DNA of 64,000 nt from an uncultured candidatus Porisulfidus sp. (GTDB lineage Bacteria > Pseudomonadota > Gammaproteobacteria > Poriferisulfidales > Oxydemutatoraceae): assembly GCA_965215125.1 (NCBI GenBank), contig OZ244052.1, forward strand, positions 1,760,001 through 1,824,000. Reading direction: 5' to 3'. Position 1 is the stretch's first letter. Each line of letters starts with the position of its first letter. The position numbers were made by a program, and so were the translations under genes. Positions 11,030 to 20,724 of the stretch are shown in pieces. Under the pieces are notes generated by a model, which saw nothing but the letters and a program-made list of their open reading frames with translations, was not told where the DNA came from and searched no databases.

Positions 11030-13231
11030 TCAGCATGTAATTTGATGGTAGATTTCTGCCATTCTAAGCGGAAGTTTTTCTATTTCGTTGATGATAGAGA
11101 AGCGGGTGTGTCCGTACATATAAGGTAAGTATTCCATAGCCGCTTTGTCGATCGTAATGCAGTGCGAGTGTATACCGTTTGTGCGCAACTCGAACAATGC
11201 TTTGCGGGTGTCTTCTACGCCGTAGCTGTCGCGATAGCCGTCGGCATCGTCGGGTTTGCCGTCCGATAGCACAATGAGTATTTTGGTTTTGGCATCTATA
11301 CATTGCAGTTGCTCTCCTACATAGCGAACCGCTGCGCCGATACGGGTATACAGTTCGGCTTTGATTGCACCGATTTTTTCCTGTACCGCTTCGCCGTAAT
11401 CTTCCTCGATGGTTTTGACGGGATATATTTTGCATTGCTTTCGGGTGTGTCCGTTGAAGCCGTAGATTGCATAGCGGTCGCCCAAGGTTTCCAAAGACTC
11501 GCACAACAGTACCAAGGCTTCTTTTTCAAGTCTATTGATCCAGCCGCGTGTAGAGGCACTCATGTCTATGAGGAACATCACCGCAACATCGCGTTCTTCT
11601 TTATTGTTTTTGATGAAAATGTTGTCGTTGAGTTCGGTTTTTATGGCCAGTGTATCCACCAAACTTTCCACGACGGCGTCTAGGTCTATTTCGTCTCCGT
11701 ATGTTTGCTTGCGAAGTAATTTGTCGTCGTTGCGCAGTGCCTCGAATGTGCGGTGCAGTCGGTTGACGATATTGTAGTGTTCGGCGAGTGTTCGCGATAC
11801 AAAGTCAAGGTTGCCCTCGTCGAGCGATTCCATATAGATATGGCACCAATCTTTGCGATATTTTTGAATCGCATGATCCCATTCGGGTAGCATCAGCTTT
11901 GCCGCATCGTGCTCTTTCACCTCGGGGATTTCGTCGCTAAGATCGGGTGCTTTGGTATCCGAGGCGGACTCCGACAATACCGACTCGGGTATTATGCCTA
12001 GATCTTGTCCTAGCTGTTCAAATAATTCAAGCATGTCTTCGGGAATTTCTATATCTTCGCCGTCGTGGTTTAGTACGAACCCGTATTCGTCGGGTGTCAA
12101 CGCCTGTTCGTAGAACTTCAATGTGAACGGGGTTGAGGTTTTGGCAGAAATTTTATTTTGTTTTTGTAGTTGCTCGCGTAGTTTGTCCAACATTTCCGCA
12201 AGCCGCTTTTGGTTATCGTCGACGCGAGTTTTAATCACCTTATAGACCCGTCCCGGTTTGTATACACCGTGGCACGGATACAGTTCGGGTGTGGGTTCGT
12301 TATAGACCGAGTTTATTAGGTTTAAGCTGTCTTCGGAACGCGCATGTTCTGATGAAAGTTTTGTATCGGCATTACGCCATGCAGGTGTATCGGGTGGTTG
12401 CCAACGTGTGCCGTAAAGCATACTTTCCAATCGCATGATGCCGGGCAGGGTGCGCGCAAGGCAATGTGTGAGCCGTAAGGTTTCCAATGCTTGAAAGATG
12501 TCTATCGCACGCTCGGGGTCGTTGTGTTCGTACAACAGTCGCGGAATGTCAACATGCCACGTACCGAACCGGCTCTGCGCCCACAGATAAGTGGTTGCCA
12601 ATTTGTAGAAACTGAAATTTTTATCGATGCTATTGAAGCCGGTATATTTTTCAGGTAAGAATAGCGTTGCGGTATCGGTGTAGAGTTCCGTACCGGGAGC
12701 GATTTTGAGCTGTACGTTGCCGAAGCCGGTGACCAAATACTCTATCACCGAGCGTACTTGCTCGAGTATCACGGTGGCCGGTTCGGGCCGGAGCGACGCA
12801 ACATAATCGTCGGTTTGTGCGAGATACGCCATTGCATCCGACACACCTTTATTTAATGTCAGAGATTTTATTTCATCGACCCATGCGCGCCAGTTTTTAT
12901 CGTCTAAATGTTTTAGTGCGGCTATGGCTCGGCAACAAAACTCGTGTGTAATCTCGGTCGAAACGAGGCTTAGCTCTTGCGCTGCGTTCAGTAGTCTCAG
13001 TTGATCCGCCATGCCGAAACGGGTCAATGATTTTGCGGTTTGAAAAAGCTCGGATAAATCCTTGTTCGGTAGGTCTATCAACAATTCTAGACGCAGTTGT
13101 ATTTCGCGCTCACCCATACCGCCGTAATCGGTGGAAGAAGGTCCTCGCTCTACGGTCTTCGAGGCGTTTGCTCGCTTATAAAGCGCAGCGATGCCGCCAA
13201 ACGCTCTTTTGAGATATAGCACCGGTGTCAT
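11030..13231 (-). CDS. CbbO/NorD-type VWA-domain protein
   Basis: LPEWD..Y..DWC, GDEIDLDA, DMSAST (MIDAS), YTRIGAAVR, LSDGKPDD..Y..YGVEDTR. Confidence 0.85.
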   Translation of the reverse strand: MTPVLYLKRAFGGIAALYKRANASKTVERGPSSTDYGGMGEREIQLRLELLIDLPNKDLSELFQTAKSLTRFGMADQLRLLNAAQELSLVSTEITHEFCCRAIAALKHLDDKNWRAWVDEIKSLTLNKGVSDAMAYLAQTDDYVASLRPEPATVILEQVRSVIEYLVTGFGNVQLKIAPGTELYTDTATLFLPEKYTGFNSIDKNFSFYKLATTYLWAQSRFGTWHVDIPRLLYEHNDPERAIDIFQALETLRLTHCLARTLPGIMRLESMLYGTRWQPPDTPAWRNADTKLSSEHARSEDSLNLINSVYNEPTPELYPCHGVYKPGRVYKVIKTRVDDNQKRLAEMLDKLREQLQKQNKISAKTSTPFTLKFYEQALTPDEYGFVLNHDGEDIEIPEDMLELFEQLGQDLGIIPESVLSESASDTKAPDLSDEIPEVKEHDAAKLMLPEWDHAIQKYRKDWCHIYMESLDEGNLDFVSRTLAEHYNIVNRLHRTFEALRNDDKLLRKQTYGDEIDLDAVVESLVDTLAIKTELNDNIFIKNNKEERDVAVMFLIDMSASTRGWINRLEKEALVLLCESLETLGDRYAIYGFNGHTRKQCKIYPVKTIEEDYGEAVQEKIGAIKAELYTRIGAAVRYVGEQLQCIDAKTKILIVLSDGKPDDADGYRDSYGVEDTRKALFELRTNGIHSHCITIDKAAMEYLPYMYGHTRFSIINEIEKLPLRMAEIYHQITC

Positions 13232-13866
13232 AGTTGATCCAGAAGAACACGTTTTGCATCGTTGATCATCGCCGCCATATAAGGTGTGCCACCACGGTCG
13301 GGATGGAATTTTTGCATTAGTTTTCGGTGTGCGTCTATGATTTGTTCGCGTGTCGCACCGGCTTCAACGCCTAAAATCTTATAGGCTTCTTTGCTTGTAA
13401 TATTCTTGGGTGCGGCACTCTGCTGCCGGTTGTGGGGTTGTCGCTTCAAGTACGCTTCCACAAAACTCGCTGCTTGTGGATCCTTTTTTTTCAAAATTTC
13501 TATCAGTGCCCGCACTTCTCGCTCGTTCAGAGAGGCTAAGCGACGCAACAAGTTCTGCACCATCTCGGGAGAAGCGTTTGCTGATCCGAACAAACCGGGA
13601 CCTGAGTCTCCGGGCTTGATTCTTTGGTATAAACGGAATATAAAAGGTGTCCAGCGTAGAAAAGTGAATAGCTTCATTATGAAGGGTATTGCGACTCCGC
13701 CGGCAGCGACGAACCAGTGTAATCTGCCGGTTAATGCCATGCCCACGAGCAAAGCAATCAGCAAATACAGATAATAACGCCAGCGATTTTCCTTAGGTTG
13801 CAGCCTAATCCAACGGATAAGCAGTAGCAAGATAAGGACTGCCGCAATAGTCAAAAAAATATACAT
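13228..13866 (-). CDS. Membrane-anchored J-domain (DnaJ-like) protein
   Basis: N-terminal TM segments; C-terminal EAYKILG..AHRKLMQKFHPDRGG with HPD motif. Confidence 0.88.
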   Translation of the reverse strand: MYIFLTIAAVLILLLLIRWIRLQPKENRWRYYLYLLIALLVGMALTGRLHWFVAAGGVAIPFIMKLFTFLRWTPFIFRLYQRIKPGDSGPGLFGSANASPEMVQNLLRRLASLNEREVRALIEILKKKDPQAASFVEAYLKRQPHNRQQSAAPKNITSKEAYKILGVEAGATREQIIDAHRKLMQKFHPDRGGTPYMAAMINDAKRVLLDQL

Positions 13867-13907
13867 GACCGAACTTTGAAATTATTCGGCTATTATACAT
13901 TGAACTG

Positions 13908-14207
13908 TTCCTTCACAGGAGGGGAATGGACTGCTAATGTATTTGTGCAGATACACCGAGGCTGTGGAAAAAGTATTTTATACACCATAACTGCAACCGC
14001 TTACGCCATTTGGTTTTGGTTTCCATAAATTGGATGGATGAATGTATAAAATAGTTCAGACACTTCGGCAACTACCCCGTCAGGCTCAGTAGAACCGCCG
14101 ATTGAACCAGTAGGTCAATCGGCGTGACATTGTGCAGAACTTGACCATGATTGCTAAACGCATACATTGCAAAATGCGTAGGCCACCCCTCCGAAGGAGG
14201 GGAATGG
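13908..14207. repeat. Long mosaic intergenic repeat array
   Basis: CCCCTCC-type hairpins at 13908-13929 and 14186-14202; GAGGCTGTGGAAAAAG at 13958; ~60-bp block 13986-14047 shared with 46152-46210; hairpin CGCCGATTGA-N9-TCAATCGGCG plus TGACATTGTGCAGAAC at 14096-14140. Confidence 0.85.
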
Positions 14208-14217
14208 GTTGGCACCT

Positions 14218-15339
14218 CTAACCGTCGATACGCCGTATCATTTTAGGTATGGCAGGATTTTTAGGATCTATTGCATCCGCCGGACATGCATCGACGCAAG
14301 CGTAGCAACGGATACATTGCTTGGGGTCTATATACAAGGTGTTGTAATAGAGACCCGATGTCTTGTAGGGATCCACTTCTTCGTAGACCATGCCGTCGCC
14401 GTCTTTACGCAAATCCGATACCTCAATAATACACTTGGGTATAGGACAGACAAAAAGACATTCGTCGCATAACACGCAGGTTGCATTATCAACTACCGGT
14501 ACCGGTGATCTGATGTCTTCGAATTTATCGTAATAGATGTCATTTGTCGACATACCGAGGTCGGTTAATACCGCAATGCCCGCATCTATCATCGGCGGTG
14601 GTCCACAGAAATAGGCTTTGGCTTCGGTCAACGATACTTTTCCGGAATCCAAGTAGTTTTTCTTTAGATAATCGGTCACCATGCCGCGTGCGCCTTGCCA
14701 GTCGCTATCCTCGGGTTCTTCGGACAATACCGGGACAAACTCAAATTGATAATCCGAATGCCACTTTTCTTTTAATGTTTTGATTTCTTCAATGCAATAG
14801 AGGTCTCTCTGGGTGCGTGCGCCGTATAGGAATAATACATTCCTTTGTATTTGTCTAAAGCAACCATCTTCAAGCAGTGCGAAGATAGCACTCATGCCGC
14901 TACCCCCGGCAATGCAGACCATTTGCAAGTCGGATGGATCTATGCCGAATTTTCCGAGCGGCCCTTGAACGGTAATAGGTTGCCCGCTACGGTCGGTGTC
15001 GAACAACCAGCCCGAGAACTGACCTCCCGGCACTTGGCGTATGAAAAATGAATACTCGCCGGCCTCTTCACATTTCGGAGAACGTGCGAAGGAATAGGCA
15101 CGTGGTTTTTCAATGCCGTCCACTTTTAATATCGCGTATTGCCCTGCGCTACGTGCTATCGGTTGCGAGTCTTCCTCGGCTTTGATAACCAACTCGCAGG
15201 TATCGTAAGTCAGTTTCTTAATACTTTTGATCGTGCAGTGGTTGGTTATTGCCCGACCGCCGTAGAGCGTTTTGTCGGGGTAGGGTATTTGCGCCAGTTG
15301 TTGGACAGGATCGTAAAAGTTGGTGCTTGGATTGCTCAC
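14218..15339 (-). CDS. FAD/NAD(P)-binding oxidoreductase (FNR-like) with C-terminal 2x[4Fe-4S] ferredoxin domain
   Basis: RAYSFA, GGQFS, GPLG.F, IAGGSGMS, LYGART, YFCGPPPM; CVLCDECLFVCP and CIRCYACVDACP; GTG start behind GGAGG. Confidence 0.85.
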   Translation of the reverse strand: MSNPSTNFYDPVQQLAQIPYPDKTLYGGRAITNHCTIKSIKKLTYDTCELVIKAEEDSQPIARSAGQYAILKVDGIEKPRAYSFARSPKCEEAGEYSFFIRQVPGGQFSGWLFDTDRSGQPITVQGPLGKFGIDPSDLQMVCIAGGSGMSAIFALLEDGCFRQIQRNVLFLYGARTQRDLYCIEEIKTLKEKWHSDYQFEFVPVLSEEPEDSDWQGARGMVTDYLKKNYLDSGKVSLTEAKAYFCGPPPMIDAGIAVLTDLGMSTNDIYYDKFEDIRSPVPVVDNATCVLCDECLFVCPIPKCIIEVSDLRKDGDGMVYEEVDPYKTSGLYYNTLYIDPKQCIRCYACVDACPADAIDPKNPAIPKMIRRIDG

Positions 15340-15341
15340 TG

Positions 15342-17648
15342 TTAAACCTCCGTAAATGCTTGTGGATTTTGCGATTTTGCATATGCAATAATTTCTTCGT
15401 CACTCATCTTGGCATCTTGGTTGCGTGGGTCGGAACGCCATGCCTTGATATAGCCGCTTTCCCCTCCCATTTGCTTTAATTTTTGAGCGGTTAGTTTATC
15501 CGCTGCCTCCGCTTTCTCTATTTCCACCAGCACCGAATAAAAACACGGACTCATGCCGAAGTCGGTCAACATCTCGGAGTTCAATCCGTTTGCGTTGACA
15601 CCGCCCGGAGTATGGCTTCCCTTGAATTGCTTTTGGGTTCCACAAACACCGGGCAACAAGCCGTCTACGATTACCGCATAACAATAGGTCTCGCCGCGAT
15701 TGTTATACAGGCGCACCAAATCGCCGTCTTTGATATTGCGTGCTTTTGCGTCTTCGGGGTTTAACTCCACGGTAGGACGCGACATCATTGCTTGTAGGCG
15801 CGGCACCGACTGGAACGAATCACCTATAAAGTAATGGGTCGCGCTACTGATTACCTGTATCGGATAATCCTTGCGACGCTCGTGATCTTCTTGTCCTTCA
15901 ACCTCGGGGTTATGGGTCGGCAGAGGGTCTTGTCCTTGATCGGCTAAAGTCTTGCTATAGATTTCTATTTTTCCGCTTTCGGTCGGCCAGCCTTTGTTCA
16001 GGAAGTCGCGCCGTTCGGATTCTACGCTACCTCTAGCCCAACCATTTTTTTCGAGTTCCTCGTAGGTGATGCCTTCCATCAAGGGATTTTCGGTATCGTC
16101 TACGATTTCTTTCATCATTTCCTCGTCGGTCTGCGTAAAAGCATTATCGCCTGCTTCGACATAGCCCATTTTCTTTGCGAGCATACGAAACATTTCGGTG
16201 TTACGCACACTTTCGCCCAAAGGCTCTATGATGGGCTTGTTCATATTGAAGTAATAATGTCCGTAGGCTGCATGCAAATCGGCTCGCTCAAACTGCGTAT
16301 CGGCAGGGATCACAATATCGGCATATTTACAAGTATCGGTCCAGAAAGTATCGTGTACTGCAACAAACAGGTCTTCACGCATCAGTCCTTTGCGCACATT
16401 ATTGGAGTTCGGCGCGCAGTTTGCCGGATCCGAGTTATAAACGAATAAATGTTTAATCGGTGGATCCAGTTTCTCTTCGTTGGCACCGATATCGTCGGCT
16501 AGTGCTCGTCCGATCTGCACCATATTGACGATACGCTTCTCGGCACGGTTTCCTAAGTCCGGGCGTTGTAATTTGCCCAACGGGAATTTCAACCACATTT
16601 CTTCCAATGTACCGAAGGCGGTGCCGCCACATTTCTCACGCCACGCACCGGTGATACAAGGCAACACCAAAATGGAACGACACATTTGCCCTGCATTTTG
16701 GTGGCGGTTCAAGCCGTAATTTGCACGAATGTAGCTTTTTTTCGTACTGCCGTATTCTAAAGCCAGCGTTTTAATCGTCTCGGCATCCAACCCGGTAATC
16801 TCTGCGACTTTCTCAAGCGGATAGTCGGGCAACTTTTTCTCCAAGAACTCTTCCCAGCCTACGGTTTGTTCTTTTAGAAAATCTAAATCGTGCAAACCTT
16901 CGTCGACGATGATCTTCATCATCCCTAAAGCCAATGCACCGTCGGTGCCGGGACGCGGTTGTATATGCCAATCCGCCATCATAGTAGTACGCGTCACACG
17001 TGGGTCTATGACGATTAGTTTGACGCCGCGTTTGCGCGCCTTTTGTATAAAAGGTATCGCATGTACCCCGGTGCTAACCAAATTGGTTCCCCATAATATA
17101 ATGACTTCGGCCTCCGAACACGCTTCGTGTATAGAAGGGCCGTTGGCAATGCCGTAGGTATAAATACCTGCCCACATCGCTGCGTAGATGCAGATCGATT
17201 GCTCCAATCTGGCAGCATTCATTTTGTTCCAAAAACGCTGGTCCATGCCCCAATAACCCAGCATGCCGAGTGTTCCCGAATACGAATACGGTTGCACGGC
17301 TTCGGAACCGTATTCGGATATGACTTCCTTCATGTTGTCGGTAATCGTATCCAAAGCCTCGTCCCAACCGATGCGTTCAAATTTTGCATTGGGGCCTTTA
17401 GGACCTACTCGCTTGTGCGGATAGAGAACCCGATTGTCGTTATAGACCAATTCAACATAGTGATTTACTTTGTTGCAAAGATAGCCTTTGGTGATAGGAT
17501 GAGTCGGGTCGCCTTGCACTCTGACGACTTTACCCGTTTTGTCGTTTCGGGTCACCAAGATAGAACAAGTATCGGGGCAGTCGTGCGGACAACACATATG
17601 ATGGTATGAATGTCCTTCGGGTGCTTCAGATTTTGTATACAATGTCAT
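15342..17648 (-). CDS. Molybdopterin oxidoreductase (DMSO-reductase superfamily), no Tat signal
   Basis: CPHDCPDTC...GYLCNK Fe-S motif, ERIGWDEALD, IDPRVTRT, PRPGTDGALALG, WTDTCKYADIVIPA, C-terminal MGD domain; ATG 17648 behind GGAGG. Confidence 0.9.
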   Translation of the reverse strand: MTLYTKSEAPEGHSYHHMCCPHDCPDTCSILVTRNDKTGKVVRVQGDPTHPITKGYLCNKVNHYVELVYNDNRVLYPHKRVGPKGPNAKFERIGWDEALDTITDNMKEVISEYGSEAVQPYSYSGTLGMLGYWGMDQRFWNKMNAARLEQSICIYAAMWAGIYTYGIANGPSIHEACSEAEVIILWGTNLVSTGVHAIPFIQKARKRGVKLIVIDPRVTRTTMMADWHIQPRPGTDGALALGMMKIIVDEGLHDLDFLKEQTVGWEEFLEKKLPDYPLEKVAEITGLDAETIKTLALEYGSTKKSYIRANYGLNRHQNAGQMCRSILVLPCITGAWREKCGGTAFGTLEEMWLKFPLGKLQRPDLGNRAEKRIVNMVQIGRALADDIGANEEKLDPPIKHLFVYNSDPANCAPNSNNVRKGLMREDLFVAVHDTFWTDTCKYADIVIPADTQFERADLHAAYGHYYFNMNKPIIEPLGESVRNTEMFRMLAKKMGYVEAGDNAFTQTDEEMMKEIVDDTENPLMEGITYEELEKNGWARGSVESERRDFLNKGWPTESGKIEIYSKTLADQGQDPLPTHNPEVEGQEDHERRKDYPIQVISSATHYFIGDSFQSVPRLQAMMSRPTVELNPEDAKARNIKDGDLVRLYNNRGETYCYAVIVDGLLPGVCGTQKQFKGSHTPGGVNANGLNSEMLTDFGMSPCFYSVLVEIEKAEAADKLTAQKLKQMGGESGYIKAWRSDPRNQDAKMSDEEIIAYAKSQNPQAFTEV

Positions 17649-17732
17649 GTCAATACCTCCTCGTATGATATTTCGGGAATTATTATACCGATAAATCACG
17701 AATATGGAACTATTGCTTGCGCAGTTTGTGTC

Positions 17733-17922
17733 GCCCCTAAAGAAGGGGGGCGGGTATTGCATTTTGCAATGTATGCGTTATCAGTGTGTTAAGGTTCTGC
17801 AAGATGTCACACCGATTGATTTTGATATATATAATATTTCTAATGGATACAATATTTAGATTTTGTACGAAGTTACGCCACTTGCCCAACTGGAGCAAGT
17901 GGCGGGTTTACTCGGTGGTTCT
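17733..17922. repeat. Mosaic repeat copy, inverted relative to 14115-14202, plus a variant hairpin within the panC 3' end
   Basis: 17733-17819 is an imperfect reverse complement of 14115-14202; hairpin CGCCACTTGC/GCAAGTGGCG at 17876-17904. Confidence 0.8.
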
Positions 17923-18764
17923 ATCATTAGGATATTGTCGATCAAACGCGCTTTCCCTAGCCATGCGGCTGCCAGTATGACGAGAGGAAATTGTCTTCGG
18001 TATAGAGTTTTTAGCGAATGTGCGCATCTAATTTCTACATATTCGGTGTTTAAGCCCTCGGCCGTCATCAGTGCGGTAGCTTCTTTTTTCAAATTTTCTA
18101 AATCGTCTCTGCCTTGTTTTATGCAATCGGCTATCTGTTTTAAGCTACGGTATAAGATGGGTGCTTGTTTTCTCTCGTGTTCGGAAAGGTATGCGTTTCT
18201 GGAGCTCAACGCCAAACCGTCGTCGGCACGCACCGTTTCGACCGATATCACTTCAACGTTAAACGATAAATTGCGCACTAACTCTCTGACGATGCAAAGT
18301 TGTTGGTAATCTTTCTGCCCCAGCAGGATCACATCGGGTTGGAATATGTTTAATAGCTTGGCGACGATGGTTGCTACACCGTCAAAGTGTTTAGGCCTGA
18401 AAGCACCGCACAAATCATCAGACAAACTGCCGGCTATAACGCGCACGCCCGACGATAAATCTGTGCTGTGCATCTCTTCCGGTGTAGGCACAAAAGCAAG
18501 GTCTACCTTAAAACGCTGTAATGCTTCGGTGTCTTGTGCTTCGTTTCTGGGATAGGCTTGTAGGTCTTCCGTCTTGTCAAACTGCACGGGGTTGACAAAA
18601 ATACTCGCTGCAACTTTATCGGCAACATCGTGCGCTCGCTCAAGCAACTTAAAATGCCCTTCGTGTAAGGCACCCATCGTCGGCACGAACGCAACGCTTT
18701 GCGATTGTTGCTGCCATTGCGCCATTTGCTTGCGCACATGCATAATGTCTCTAGCAATAAGCAT
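17856..18764 (-). CDS. panC: Pantoate--beta-alanine ligase
   Basis: FVPTMGALHEGH, SIFVNPVQF, RPKHFDGV, GQKDYQQ, GLALSSRN, RLIDN. Confidence 0.96.
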   Translation of the reverse strand: MLIARDIMHVRKQMAQWQQQSQSVAFVPTMGALHEGHFKLLERAHDVADKVAASIFVNPVQFDKTEDLQAYPRNEAQDTEALQRFKVDLAFVPTPEEMHSTDLSSGVRVIAGSLSDDLCGAFRPKHFDGVATIVAKLLNIFQPDVILLGQKDYQQLCIVRELVRNLSFNVEVISVETVRADDGLALSSRNAYLSEHERKQAPILYRSLKQIADCIKQGRDDLENLKKEATALMTAEGLNTEYVEIRCAHSLKTLYRRQFPLVILAAAWLGKARLIDNILMIEPPSKPATCSSWASGVTSYKI

Positions 18765-18778
18765 GATAAAAAACGAGC

Positions 18779-19576
18779 TTAAGGCCTGGGAAAATGTTTT
18801 GTTTTGACCGCTCGTACATAAGCGATGAATGCTGCCGATATGGAATCTCTGCCGGTCAGGAAATTCTCGGCAAATTTCGGTGGATGGTTACTAATTCCCA
18901 AAACATCATACGATACGAGAATTTGTCCGTCGTAATCAATCCCCGATCCTATGCCGATGACCGGTACATCACTCATTGGACTAATCTGTTTTCCCAAGTG
19001 TTTAGCGGCACATTCAACCAATAACAAATCGGTACCCGCAGCGATGCAATCGTTCGCTTGTTGCAAAACCTTGTCGTTTGCTACTTTCGGCTTGGAAGAA
19101 GTGCAAGACGAATCGGTGTCGGTGATTGTTTGCGGGCAGAAACCGATATGTGCGCACACCGGTATTTTTTTATCGACGAGTGCTCGTATTACTTCTATGC
19201 TGGTAGCCGATACTATTTCAAGTTTTACCATTTCGGCACCTCCTTCGTCGATCAAACGTAGCGCATTATGCAAGCCTAAATCGACCGACGAATAGCTTGC
19301 ATAAGGCATGTCGGCAACGAAGAACGCTCGGTTTATATGGGGAGCAACGCACCGGCAATGATAGACCATATCGTTCATAGTCACCTTAGTGGTCGTTGCA
19401 CGACCTTGTACGACCATCCCTAGAGAATCTCCGACCAGCACGAGATCAATACCGGCATCATCTATGATGCGGGCAAAAGAGGCGTCGTAAGCGGTGAGGC
19501 AGGCAATCGGTTGATGCGATGCCTTCATTCGTTGCAAAGCAGTCAACGTTATTTTGCTATTGCGACTATTTCCCAT
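18779..19576 (-). CDS. panB: 3-methyl-2-oxobutanoate hydroxymethyltransferase
   Basis: CLTAYDA, LVGDSLGMVVQG, ADMPY, VKLE, IGIGSG..DGQILV. Confidence 0.95.
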   Translation of the reverse strand: MGNSRNSKITLTALQRMKASHQPIACLTAYDASFARIIDDAGIDLVLVGDSLGMVVQGRATTTKVTMNDMVYHCRCVAPHINRAFFVADMPYASYSSVDLGLHNALRLIDEGGAEMVKLEIVSATSIEVIRALVDKKIPVCAHIGFCPQTITDTDSSCTSSKPKVANDKVLQQANDCIAAGTDLLLVECAAKHLGKQISPMSDVPVIGIGSGIDYDGQILVSYDVLGISNHPPKFAENFLTGRDSISAAFIAYVRAVKTKHFPRP

Positions 19577-20234
19577 GTTTCTTTAATTCATAAGGGGCTG
19601 GATTATAGTAATACTTTGCCGACTCTAAATTTAGAATACGCTCTTTGAGTCTATAGTATTCATCTTTATCGTTTATAAAGTCAACATCTACGGTGTTGAC
19701 GATCAATACCGGAGAGTCTTTATAATGATAGAAGAAATCGAGATATGCGTTGTCCAGATGGTTGAGATATTCTGCATCTATAGTCTGTTCAAAGGTTCGC
19801 CCACGCTTTCGTATACGCTCCATTAGTACCGACACCGGTGCCTGCAGATAAACGACTAAATCGGCTTTAATATTCGGGATTTGTAGGTTATGGTATATTT
19901 TTCGGTAAAGAGCAAACTGCTCGTCGTCTAATAAGAGACGGGCGAATAGTTGATCTTTTTCTAGCAAAAAATCGCTCACTATCATGGAATTAAATATATC
20001 TCTTTGTTGTAATTTTTGCAGGGCTTCTACACGCGACAGCAAAAAATATAATTGTGTGGGTAAAGAGAATTTTTTAATATCCTTATAGAATTGATGCAAG
20101 AACGGGTTTTGGTCTACTTGTTCGAGTAATAGCTCTGCGGAGAAATCGTCTGCGAGTTTGCGTGCGATACTAGTTTTTCCGACCCCGATAGGGCCTTCAA
20201 TGACGAGATAGTCTATTTTCTTTTTATTCGGCAT
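19566..20234 (-). CDS. Deoxynucleoside kinase
   Basis: IEGPIGVGKTS P-loop, NPFL..FY, QLYFL..R, RIRKRGR.FE; usual position between folK and panB. Confidence 0.9.
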   Translation of the reverse strand: MPNKKKIDYLVIEGPIGVGKTSIARKLADDFSAELLLEQVDQNPFLHQFYKDIKKFSLPTQLYFLLSRVEALQKLQQRDIFNSMIVSDFLLEKDQLFARLLLDDEQFALYRKIYHNLQIPNIKADLVVYLQAPVSVLMERIRKRGRTFEQTIDAEYLNHLDNAYLDFFYHYKDSPVLIVNTVDVDFINDKDEYYRLKERILNLESAKYYYNPAPYELKKHGK

Positions 20235-20724
20235 TGCGAATTCTACGACATGTTTTGTCATCCCCCAGCGTAGCTAATAGATCGCAGACTTTTCCTTTGC
20301 CCGGAAGCGATAATCTGGGGGCAATTTCGGCAAGTGGCTTAAGCACGAAGAGACGTTTATCGGCAGATTGGTGAGGAATAGTTAGATTTTTGCTACGAAT
20401 AGATTTACTACCGTAAGCAATGATATCGAGATCTATATTTCTAGGTCCCCAGCGTAGTCCTTGGCGCACGCCTCGCCGCCGCCCGAATTTTTGTTCTATG
20501 TTTTGCAAATAATCGAGTAATGCAAGCGGTGCTAAACAAGTTTCTATCAGTATCACCCTGTTGATGTAGTCGGGTTGTCTCGACGGTCCTAGCGGACAAC
20601 TGCGGTACACACTTGAACGGGCGATTAATCTGCTCGCCGGTAGACAGGCGATTTTTCTAATCGCTGCGCTTAAGGTGGTAATGGGTGACCCCAAGTTTGC
20701 ACCCAATGCAATCGCCGCTAACAT
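20224..20724 (-). CDS. folK: 2-amino-4-hydroxy-6-hydroxymethyldihydropteridine diphosphokinase
   Basis: IALGANLG, SSVYRS.P, QPDYIN, RWGPRNIDLDI, LTIPH, FVLKPL. Confidence 0.95.
   Translation of the reverse strand: MLAAIALGANLGSPITTLSAAIRKIACLPASRLIARSSVYRSCPLGPSRQPDYINRVILIETCLAPLALLDYLQNIEQKFGRRRGVRQGLRWGPRNIDLDIIAYGSKSIRSKNLTIPHQSADKRLFVLKPLAEIAPRLSLPGKGKVCDLLATLGDDKTCRRIRNAE

Noticed and set aside
17649-17762. N-terminal extension of the Mo-enzyme, or a Moco riboswitch
   Set aside because: The extension starts within the repeat, ATG 17648 has a GGAGG RBS, and I could not recognise a riboswitch structure.
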